DNA of 48,880 nucleotides from Mesotaenium endlicherianum. Its lineage: Eukaryota. Both the position numbers and the translations under genes were made by a program. Below the pieces are notes generated by a model. It searched no databases, was not told the origin of the DNA, and saw only the letters and a program-made list of their open reading frames with translations. The DNA lies in the NCBI GenBank assembly GCA_009602735.1, contig WELA01003502.1, positions 1 to 48,880 on the forward strand, read 5' to 3'. The first letter of the stretch is position 1. The number at the start of each line of letters is the position of its first letter. Positions 9,958 through 17,876 of the stretch are shown here, in pieces.

Positions 9958-10905
9958 ATGATTGTCACAATAACCATCAACCCCGCTGTAGATAAAAGCA
10001 CCACTTTGGATAAATTGATTCCAGAAAAAAAACTCCGGTGTTCCGATTTGCTGGTAGAAGCCGGTGGAGGTGGTATCAATGTCAGCAAGGCCATTGAAAA
10101 ATTGGGCGGAGAAAGTTTGGCAATGTTTCCTTCTGGTGGAGCGAATGGAAAACTGCTTGAGGGAATTCTTTTTGAAAACAAAATTCCTTTCAAAAGTATT
10201 CCGGTTGAAAATGAAACAAGGGAAAGTTTTACCGCAACAGAATTATCAACAAATGCACAGTATCGCTTTGTAATGCCTGGCGGCAACTTAAGCAGCGCAG
10301 AAATTGATTCTTGCTTATCAACTATCACTGCATTAAACCCACTTCCCTCCATTATTATAGCCAGTGGAAGCCTGCCGCCCGGAGCACCAGATGATATTTT
10401 TGCACGCCTTGCGGTTATAGCAAAGAAGCGGGGAATAAAATTGATTGTTGATACTTCCGGCAAACCATTACACCTTGCTGCACAAGAAGGTGTTTATCTT
10501 TTGAAACCTAACCTTTCGGAATTATGCAGCCTGGTAAATAAGGATTATCTCCAAATGAGTGAAGTTGATGAAGCGGCAAAACATGTTATAAGAAATGGTC
10601 ATTGTGAGGTGATGGTGGTTTCAATGGGGCCTGCAGGGGCAATGCTTGTAACAAAAGATATGCATGAGAAAATTCCCGCCCCGACAGTAAAAAAGTTAAG
10701 TACCGTTGGTGCAGGTGATAGCATGGTAGGCGGTATGGCCTGGATGCTGGAAAAGGGAAAACCTCTATTGGAAATGGTTCGCTTCGGAGTGGCATGTGGC
10801 ACCGCAGCAACGATGAATTCCGGCACACAGTTATTTAAAAAGGAAGATGTCTATAGATTATACCAGTGGATTAATCAGCACAGTATTTCTTTTGCAGCAG
10901 CATAA
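9958..10905 (+). CDS. pfkB: PfkB / 1-phosphofructokinase-family hexose kinase
   Basis: TINPAVD, GGGGINVS, LKPNLSEL and STVGAGDS ribokinase-family motifs. Confidence 0.88.
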   Translation: MIVTITINPAVDKSTTLDKLIPEKKLRCSDLLVEAGGGGINVSKAIEKLGGESLAMFPSGGANGKLLEGILFENKIPFKSIPVENETRESFTATELSTNAQYRFVMPGGNLSSAEIDSCLSTITALNPLPSIIIASGSLPPGAPDDIFARLAVIAKKRGIKLIVDTSGKPLHLAAQEGVYLLKPNLSELCSLVNKDYLQMSEVDEAAKHVIRNGHCEVMVVSMGPAGAMLVTKDMHEKIPAPTVKKLSTVGAGDSMVGGMAWMLEKGKPLLEMVRFGVACGTAATMNSGTQLFKKEDVYRLYQWINQHSISFAAA

Positions 10906-10929
10906 TTATATAAAATAGAATTGCATATT

Positions 10930-11922
10930 ATGAAAGTAGCAGTTTTCAGCACACATAAATTTGAGAAAGATTTTTTGCTCCGTGCGGCAAAAGGTAAACA
11001 TGAATTAATATTGCTTGAACCACAACTTTCGTTAACTACTGCTGGTTTGGCCGAAGCATGTAATGCCGTTTGCATTTTTGTGAATGATGATGGCTCAAAA
11101 GATGTTTTAAAAAAAATATCGGCTATAGGAATTAGATATCTGGTTCTTCGCTCTGCAGGTTTTAATCATGTAGATATCAAGGCTGCCTATGAATTGGGCA
11201 TGAGAGCGGCCCGAGTGCCTGAGTATTCGCCTTATGCCGTAGCTGAACACACGATTGCACTAATGCTTGCATTGAACCGAAAATTGGTATTAGCTCATAA
11301 CCGGATCCGTGATTTAAATTTTTCTTTGAATGGCCTGACTGGTTTTGATATGCATGGTAAAACTGCCGGCATTATCGGAACTGGGAAAATAGGAAGAATT
11401 GTTGCGGAGATACTTCATGGTTTCGGATGCAGAATAATGGCCTATGATATAATGCCTGACAATGATTGGGCAAGTAAATATGGAGTGGTCTATACCGGCA
11501 TTGATAACTTATGTAGTCAATCAGACATTATCACATTGCATGCACCATTGACCGAACAAACCCGCTACATCATTAACAGGGACAGAATTGCAAAAATGAA
11601 AAAGGGTGTAATGATGATTAATACCAGTCGTGGGGCATTAGTGAATACAAAAGATGTTATCGCTTCTTTAAAATCCGGTCAGATTGGCTACCTGGGGCTT
11701 GATGTGTATGAAGAAGAAAGAGGTTTGTTTTTTGAAGACCATTCCAGCGACATTTTGCAGGACGATATTATAGCAAGATTAATGACATTTTCAAATGTGT
11801 TAATCACCAGTCACCAGGCTTTTTTGACAGACACCGCTTTGTATAACATAGCCGAAACAACTATCACCAACCTTGACTGCTTTGAAAATAAAACAGCATG
11901 TAAAAATGAGTTAAAGCCATAG
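10930..11922 (+). CDS. ldhA: D-lactate dehydrogenase (2-hydroxyacid dehydrogenase)
   Basis: RSAGFNHVD, YSPYAVAEH, GTGKIG, INTSRG, LDVYEEE, TSHQAF; start placed at ATG 10930. Confidence 0.9.
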   Translation: MKVAVFSTHKFEKDFLLRAAKGKHELILLEPQLSLTTAGLAEACNAVCIFVNDDGSKDVLKKISAIGIRYLVLRSAGFNHVDIKAAYELGMRAARVPEYSPYAVAEHTIALMLALNRKLVLAHNRIRDLNFSLNGLTGFDMHGKTAGIIGTGKIGRIVAEILHGFGCRIMAYDIMPDNDWASKYGVVYTGIDNLCSQSDIITLHAPLTEQTRYIINRDRIAKMKKGVMMINTSRGALVNTKDVIASLKSGQIGYLGLDVYEEERGLFFEDHSSDILQDDIIARLMTFSNVLITSHQAFLTDTALYNIAETTITNLDCFENKTACKNELKP

Positions 11923-12028
11923 ATTTTGATGACTTGGCAAGCATCAATATCGTTAGCTTCCGAACTTGTAAATTCCTTCGGAAAGATGGCAAGCATCCTG
12001 CCTCAATAAATATTCATAAAATAATAAA

Positions 12029-12744
12029 ATGAAAAGGAAGCTGATTATTGGCATTACGGCACATTGTAGAAAATGTCATTGGGATATTTATGCAAATTGG
12101 ATTAAAGGAGATGACCCTGATATTGATGTTTTAAGAATTTCAAACAGGGATTATGTTACATTGGAGTCAGGGAGATTTGATGGGATGTTGTTAGCCGGTG
12201 GGCAGGATGTACACACCCTCTTTTTTATGGTAAGCCAGAATACTACAAATTGCTGAATCCTAAGAATGTGGCCTGGCGAAGAGATGAGTTTGAACTGGAG
12301 GTCATTCGTAAAACACTGCAACAGCAAAAACCGTTACTGGGTATTTGCAGAGGATTACAAATTGCGAATGTTTATTTTGGAGGAACTTTAATACCCGATA
12401 TTCCTTTACATTTACAGACTTATGAACATCTGACAAAAGCAGGAAAGCCTTGTATGCATGAAATCACAGTAAAGAAAAATACTCTCCTCAGTCAAATTGT
12501 ACACACTAAAAAAGGGGAAGTATTTTCAGCACACCATCAAAGTGTTGATAGAATTGGCAAGGGATTATGTGTGAATGCTATGGCAAAAAAAAGGATTATA
12601 GAGGGGATGGAAATTAAAGATGATAGGAGTAAAAACTTGCTATTATTGCTCCAATGGCATCCCGAAAGAATGAAAAATAAGCAAAGTGTTTTTTCAAAAA
12701 ATATTCGGGATTATTTTTTGAATGAGATAAAAAAGACAATTTAA
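12029..12744 (+). pseudogene. Peptidase C26 / gamma-glutamyl-GABA hydrolase (PuuD-like), frameshifted
   Basis: GGQDVH in ORF1; LGICRGLQ, HHQ and QWHPE in ORF2; removing one AC from ACACAC (12211-12216) restores GGQDVHPLFYGKPEY and joins the frames. Confidence 0.8.
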
Positions 12745-12900
12745 GTCTGAAGGAAATAAATTGAAAAATGGGAAGAAGATTTGCTTAATGAAATACAATA
12801 TCACCTGTTAGCTACAACCCTATTAGACACTTCCCGTTTACTTAATCGGATATTTTTTGCGACGCTTTATAGTCACATTGTAACCTTGCAGACAATTTTG

Positions 12901-12942
12901 TATTTAAGTATTTGCTTAAATAAGTAATCTTTGTTACTTTTG
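12901..12942 (+). promoter_or_regulatory. Bacteroidota sigma70 promoter overlapped by an ArsR/SmtB-type palindrome
   Basis: TTTG (12911-14), 20-nt spacer, TACTTTTG (12935-42); palindrome TATTTAAGTA-tt-TGCTTAAATA (12901-12922). Confidence 0.75.
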
Positions 12943-12962
12943 CCCGACTAACAAATTTGACA

Positions 12963-13334
12963 ATGGCAAACGACACTTGCATAAGGTTACAGGCAGACAT
13001 AGAACAAATTAAAAGCTGCCGGGAAAAATTAAAGGCTAACTCAAAATCATTTTTACAGTTGGGACAAGTTCTTGCTTTGGCAGGCAACGAAGTGCGACTG
13101 AAAATACTGTTTCTGCTTGAAGAGGAAAATGAACTTTGCCCTTGCGACCTTAGCGATATTTTGGGAATGAGTATTCCAGCAGTTTCTCAACACTTACGCA
13201 AACTGAAAGACGGTAACATCATTGAAGCCAGAAAAGAAGGGCAAACAATTTTTTATTCATTACGCAATGAGCATTTAAAAGTTTTAAAACCATTCTTTAA
13301 AATTATCAATCAACAAAATTTGGCGACAGTATGA
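12963..13334 (+). CDS. ArsR/SmtB-family metalloregulator
   Basis: RLKILFLL...ELCPCDLSDIL...AVSQHLRKLK...GQTIFYSL; N-terminal TCIR; start placed at ATG 12963. Confidence 0.92.
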   Translation: MANDTCIRLQADIEQIKSCREKLKANSKSFLQLGQVLALAGNEVRLKILFLLEEENELCPCDLSDILGMSIPAVSQHLRKLKDGNIIEARKEGQTIFYSLRNEHLKVLKPFFKIINQQNLATV

Positions 13335-13948
13335 CAACGACTCCAAAAAATAGTAAAGGCTGGATTGCAGGGCTGTTGACAGCAGTTGCAGCATCGCTTT
13401 GCTGCATTACACCTGTTTTAGCTTTCTTAGGTGGTGCAAGCGGACTTGCTTCATCATTTTCGTGGATTGAGCCGTATCGTCCATATTTTATCGGTTTAAC
13501 AATTGCAGTTTTTACATTTGCCTGGTATCAAAAACTAAAACCACAAAAACAAGTTGACTGCGATTGTGAGACTGACAATAAAAAATCATTTTGGCAATCA
13601 AAAACATTTTTAGCTATCGTTACTGTGATTGCAGGATTGTTAATAGCATTTCCATACTACGCAAAAATATTTTATCCAAAGCCTCAAGAAGCAAAGGTTA
13701 TTATTGTTGACAAAAGCAATATACAGACAGCAGAATTTAAAATAAAAGGTATGACTTGCAAAGGCTGCACAGAACATATAAACAGCGAACTTTCAAAAAC
13801 AACGGGAGTGATTGAGTTCAATACTTCTTATGAAAAGGGCAATAGCCTTGTTAAGTTTGACAACAGTAAAACTTCTGTTGACAGCCTTGTATCCGCCATT
13901 AATAAAACTGGATATAAGGTAACTTCTCAATCTGTAATCAACAACTAA
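13331..13948 (+). CDS. merTP: Mercuric transport protein MerTP (MerT fused to an HMA/MerP domain)
   Basis: SLCCITP in TM1, cytoplasmic CDC, C-terminal GMTCKGC; ATGA overlap with the arsR stop. Confidence 0.88.
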   Translation: MTTTPKNSKGWIAGLLTAVAASLCCITPVLAFLGGASGLASSFSWIEPYRPYFIGLTIAVFTFAWYQKLKPQKQVDCDCETDNKKSFWQSKTFLAIVTVIAGLLIAFPYYAKIFYPKPQEAKVIIVDKSNIQTAEFKIKGMTCKGCTEHINSELSKTTGVIEFNTSYEKGNSLVKFDNSKTSVDSLVSAINKTGYKVTSQSVINN

Positions 13949-14163
13949 TGGAAAAAACTATTATACTTCAATCTGTTATTACTTGCCCTGTTTGTGGACA
14001 CAGACAAGAAGAAACAATGCCAACAGATGCTTGCCATTATTTTTATGAGTGTTCAAGTTGCAAAACACGACTTAAACCAAAGGAAGGCGACTGTTGCGTT
14101 TATTGCAGTTACGGGTCAGTAAAATGTCCGCCTATGCAATTAGGAACATCCTGCTGTTCGTAG
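13948..14163 (+). CDS. GDCCVxC-domain small Cys-rich protein
   Basis: CPVCG...MPTDAC..FYECSSC...GDCCVYCSYGSVKCPP; TAATG coupling to merTP. Confidence 0.88.
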   Translation: MEKTIILQSVITCPVCGHRQEETMPTDACHYFYECSSCKTRLKPKEGDCCVYCSYGSVKCPPMQLGTSCCS

Positions 14164-14177
14164 CGACGAAAGGGTAT

Positions 14178-14379
14178 GCAGCTCAAAAAAAGTATTGTCA
14201 AAAGCGGGGCAAACGAATATATCCGCATCTGCATATCGCTATCAGCTTCATCCGGGATTGGCTTGCTTCGCTGCATCAATTAAGGTTTATTCAGCTTCAG
14301 TAATCCTATTTACCTTCGGTTACCGAACTGGACATTATAAAATATCCCGCCTTCGTTAATACCTGAATCTTGTGGCAAC
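14178..14379. repeat. Degenerate long imperfect inverted repeat resembling Bacteroidota attC-like intergenic elements
   Basis: Arms GTATTgtcaaaaGCGGG (14192-14208) and CCCGCcttcgttAATAC (14346-14362); family resemblance recalled, not searched. Confidence 0.45.
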
Positions 14380-14449
14380 TCTCCTTTTGATAACAGGGGT
14401 GTCAGAGTAAGGAATCTTTTATATGGGGCTATTGTAGCTAAAATTTTTA

Positions 14450-14539
14450 TGGGAGGTGAGGATGGCACCGGGCAGCCTGGGTCTGGCGGCTGTGCTGGTG
14501 GTGGAGCAATTTTTGTAAGCACCTCATCTTTACCTCCCA
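14450..14539 (+). other. GC-rich branched stem-loop in non-coding DNA
   Basis: 15-bp outer stem 14450-14464/14525-14539 with two G.U pairs; inner stem CACCGG-GCAGCC / GGCTGT-g-CTGGTG. Confidence 0.55.
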
Positions 14540-14640
14540 GTATATACTCTTGTAAGATAATTTTATTAGTGGATAATAAAAACGCATTAGATATTTGTTT
14601 TTGATGCCCTCAACTTTTTGTCTCCAATTTTTTTTCCCGC

Positions 14641-16842
14641 TTATAATTTTGCCCCAACTGATACAAAGAAAGTTCTACCATCGGCCGGTAATGCACCCGG
14701 TCCGGGATAACCACCTGCACGACGTGTAAAATATCTCTCATCAAACAGGTTATTTATACCAGCTTTCAAATTCAGGCCTTTTGAGAATTTATAAGTGGCT
14801 GTTAAATCAGTTACAGTATAAGAAGGGATTAGCCCAGTATTTCCGTTTGCCGATGGTGTAACTGTGTTATTTGCATCGCTGAAGGTTTCTCCAACACTAC
14901 TTACCTGTGCTGTTAATAAAAACCCTTTATAACCGCCGGTGATACCGCCCCTGAAAATATTGGCTGGTGCATTCTCCACTTTCTTTCCTTTGGTATTGGC
15001 ATCTTTATGGTCGCCACTATACTTGGCATCTGTGTATCCATAAGAACCAAAAATGATTAAGTCTGTATGCTTGCTTTTACTAAATGCCCTGATGGGGTTA
15101 AACTCTGCATATCCTTCAAACCCTTTACTGGTGCTGCTGCCCACATTAGTAATAAGACGGTAGGAAGGTGTTCCGCTAACAGTAACTGTACCTACACGGT
15201 TATCATACTGTAAGTAAAATCCACTTACGTCAAACTGCAGAAAATTTTTCACTTTGCCCCGATAGCCTAAATCAATATTATATCCCCTGGCATCTTTTAA
15301 ATCAGGGTCAACTACATCAGTTGTAGGCGGCGCCTGCAGGTTTGCAAACTGAATAGGCCGATAAGCCTGTGAAATATTTGCATACACTTCAGTGGCCTTT
15401 GTGATATGATACTCTGTTCCAATGCCTGCAAGAACAAAACTTCTGTTCCTTGTAATATTTTGTAAGATTATTTCTGCACCACCGGAAGCATATCCGTTTC
15501 GCCCCGAAGAAGAACCTTCCAGCCACTCATAGCGAAGGCCTGGAATAATCAACAACTTATCTGTAACACGAAAAATATTTTCTACAAATGCGGCTACGTT
15601 TCTGGATTCAAATGTTATATCACGGGGGTAATTACCGGTAACAGCTATATCATATCCTGTACCTGTTGTTCCTTTACCATCTGCCTGCCTTGTGGTAGTG
15701 CCGGTGTATAAACGGATACCGCCGGATAAAGTATTTTTCATTTTGCCCAAATGATAGTCAGTGATAATGCGGCTTTCTAAACCATAATTTCTGTATTGGT
15801 CAAGATTAACAACCCTGTTATTATAAGTAAGTGTTGCGGCATTGATGCTATCTTGTGTTGTGATGGATTGTAAAAAACCAACGCTGTTCCTGTCGCCGAT
15901 AGTGCCAAATAATTTTGTATTCCACCGGGTGTTTTCATTTATTTGATAGTTGGCGATTAAAGCTGGTGTCGTCCATGTTATGTCAAACCAATTACGGCTT
16001 CGGAAACTTTGTTGAGCATCCTGTTTTATTTGTGTATCGGTCAAACCACCGGGTTGCTGGCTGCGGATATGCGAACGCATCACTTCAGCCATTAATGAAA
16101 ATTTTGTACTGAAATTATAGGTTACAGTAGCGTAACCTGTGTTGGTGAAATAGCGGCTGTTTTCTCTCCACCCATCTCCGTTACGATGGTCAAAAAATGT
16201 ATAATAATGAACTTTACCCTTTTTGCCTCCTATCGCATTATAACTATTAAACAGTCCGTTACTGCCAAATGTTTGCTGTGTTTCAAACTCAAGAGACTTG
16301 TTTATTTCACTCCCGTTTTTGAGAATATAATTTACCAGTCCGCCGAACTGGGGGCCATATTGCAAAGAACCTTGCCCTCTTACTATCTCTATTCTTTGCA
16401 CAGCCTGTAATTGTGGATTATAATAAGCTTCAGGATAACCGAATGGGTCAGCAGCAATATCATATCCATTTTGACGAACATTAAACTCCCAACTTCTGTT
16501 AGGGCTCAATCCTCGGGCGGCAATGCCAATTTGAATTCCGCTGGCGTCGCTTTCCCAAATATGAATACCGGGTACTTTGGCCAGTACTTGCCGCATATTA
16601 TTTGTTACAACATTCCCCTGCACATTGTCCAGCACAATCAGTGCATTCTTTTTGCCGGCATAAATATTTGTTCCAACAATTTCCGGCATTTGCTGATAAT
16701 CACTTTTGCTGTTCCTGCCCACTACTGTTACGTCGGGTAAGCTTCTTATATGCAACGTATCATTTCTTTCCTTTTTGGTTTGTGCCTTGGCTACATTTAT
16801 TGCTAATATCATTAAACAAAAAACAATTCCTCTTTTATTCAT
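14641..16842 (-). CDS. TonB-dependent receptor (FecA-like)
   Basis: Start placed at MNKRG with signal peptide; plug RGLSPNRS and IEIVRGQGSLQYG; C-terminal NNLFDERY...GRTFFVSVGAKL. Confidence 0.92.
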   Translation of the reverse strand: MNKRGIVFCLMILAINVAKAQTKKERNDTLHIRSLPDVTVVGRNSKSDYQQMPEIVGTNIYAGKKNALIVLDNVQGNVVTNNMRQVLAKVPGIHIWESDASGIQIGIAARGLSPNRSWEFNVRQNGYDIAADPFGYPEAYYNPQLQAVQRIEIVRGQGSLQYGPQFGGLVNYILKNGSEINKSLEFETQQTFGSNGLFNSYNAIGGKKGKVHYYTFFDHRNGDGWRENSRYFTNTGYATVTYNFSTKFSLMAEVMRSHIRSQQPGGLTDTQIKQDAQQSFRSRNWFDITWTTPALIANYQINENTRWNTKLFGTIGDRNSVGFLQSITTQDSINAATLTYNNRVVNLDQYRNYGLESRIITDYHLGKMKNTLSGGIRLYTGTTTRQADGKGTTGTGYDIAVTGNYPRDITFESRNVAAFVENIFRVTDKLLIIPGLRYEWLEGSSSGRNGYASGGAEIILQNITRNRSFVLAGIGTEYHITKATEVYANISQAYRPIQFANLQAPPTTDVVDPDLKDARGYNIDLGYRGKVKNFLQFDVSGFYLQYDNRVGTVTVSGTPSYRLITNVGSSTSKGFEGYAEFNPIRAFSKSKHTDLIIFGSYGYTDAKYSGDHKDANTKGKKVENAPANIFRGGITGGYKGFLLTAQVSSVGETFSDANNTVTPSANGNTGLIPSYTVTDLTATYKFSKGLNLKAGINNLFDERYFTRRAGGYPGPGALPADGRTFFVSVGAKL

Positions 16843-16888
16843 AAGTGTGATTTTTAGTTGCAAAAGTGCCAACACATTAAGCAGCATC

Positions 16889-16919
16889 AGTTATGCAAAG
16901 GGGAAATAGAGTTATGCAA
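16889..16919. promoter_or_regulatory. Direct repeat AGTTATGCAA x2 at a 21-bp period upstream of the TonB-dependent receptor
   Basis: Identical 10-mers at 16889-16898 and 16910-16919. Confidence 0.5.
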
Positions 16920-17200
16920 TACGGAAAACCTGAGATTTCTTTGAAAATATGTTATATACAGGCAACCTGTTTGGGCTTTTAATTGTACCAATGAAATTGC
17001 GATGTTGCTATGCAATACAAATTGCTGGAGATATCCTGCTTATTTAGAGCAAAGATGTTACGAAATCAGATGAAAAACTGGTCTTTTATGCTTAATTCAT
17101 ACGTTTTCAGGTAGAAAGGCCCATTATTTATCTGAATTAAAACAGCAAAATTCTATAAACATTGTCAATAATTTTACAAATAGTCTGAGCAGTTCTTATA

Positions 17201-17208
17201 TATCTTTG
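17201..17208 (+). promoter_or_regulatory. Bacteroidota -7 promoter element for the second RND operon
   Basis: TATCTTTG matches TAnnTTTG, 52 nt before ATG 17261; no clear -33 TTTG. Confidence 0.55.
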
Positions 17209-17260
17209 CCCTGCAAGGAATTATTTTTCAATAAAATAGCCCTATTTTTACAAATATTAA

Positions 17261-17785
17261 ATGACCCGGAATTTATCCATAAAACTAAAAGCACTATTCC
17301 TGCTGATTGTATTTGCATCAAATACAGCAGTAGGATTTGCCTGTGCTTTAGGCATGGATATGGGTTTTAATACATCTCATCATAACGAAACTGAAGAACC
17401 TGCAGAAGTGCATATACATGCTGATGGTAAAAAACATGTTCATGAAAAAGAAACACCAGAAGTAACCACACATGTTCACCAGGATGGTTCTAAACATCAG
17501 CATGAAGATGAGGCGACAAAACAAGTTCCTGCGGGTAAAAGCATCTCTTTTACCAAAGGCGCTGGTGGATGCTGCAGCAATGAAGTGCAAAAATTTCAAA
17601 ATTTAGATAAAACCGTTGCTGCAAATACCAGCATAAATGTACCAGCATTTATAGCAGTATTGAGTGTTTTTTTGGATATTGATATATCTAACGGTATTAA
17701 GTACCTCCCTACTAAATGCACCGCCCGTTTTTATTATCCCCCTCCGCCTGACATTCGCATAGCGATTCAGCGTTTCCAGATTTGA
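17261..17785 (+). CDS. Small exported His/Cys-rich protein with C-terminal PPPP; putative leader of the second RND operon
   Basis: Signal-like N-terminus; duplicated HxHxDGxKHxHE; GCCSN; C-terminus YYPPPPDIRIAIQRFQI. Confidence 0.75.
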   Translation: MTRNLSIKLKALFLLIVFASNTAVGFACALGMDMGFNTSHHNETEEPAEVHIHADGKKHVHEKETPEVTTHVHQDGSKHQHEDEATKQVPAGKSISFTKGAGGCCSNEVQKFQNLDKTVAANTSINVPAFIAVLSVFLDIDISNGIKYLPTKCTARFYYPPPPDIRIAIQRFQI

Positions 17786-17871
17786 TTACTGTAAAACAGA
17801 TGAAGCCTTTGACTTCATCAAACTTCATTTTGCCTTTGGCAATCTGGAGCTATTTGTTTTACCGTAATCAA
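17782..17871 (+). promoter_or_regulatory. Multibranch RNA structure linking the leader stop codon to the tolC initiation region
   Basis: TTGATTACtGTAAAACA (17782-98) pairs with TGTTTTACcGTAATCAA (17855-71), 16/17; inner hairpins GATGAAG/CTTCATC and TTGCC/GGCAA. Confidence 0.7.
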
Positions 17872-17876
17872 TTTTT

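Noticed and set aside
14161..14241. Possible SECIS or tRNA-Sec next to the GDCCVxC gene (nested hairpin TAGCGA/TCGCTA, TATGCAG/CTGCATA)
   Set aside because: The gene has no in-frame TGA, and there is no tRNA cloverleaf or T-loop; the hairpin is treated as part of the repeat region
14094..14303. 69-aa ORF overlapping the GDCCVxC gene
   Set aside because: Out of frame with a confident gene and runs through the palindromic repeat
14310..14522. Pro-rich 70-aa minus-strand ORF
   Set aside because: Its composition is explained by the GC-rich stem-loop, and it runs into the inverted repeat; no start context or family motif
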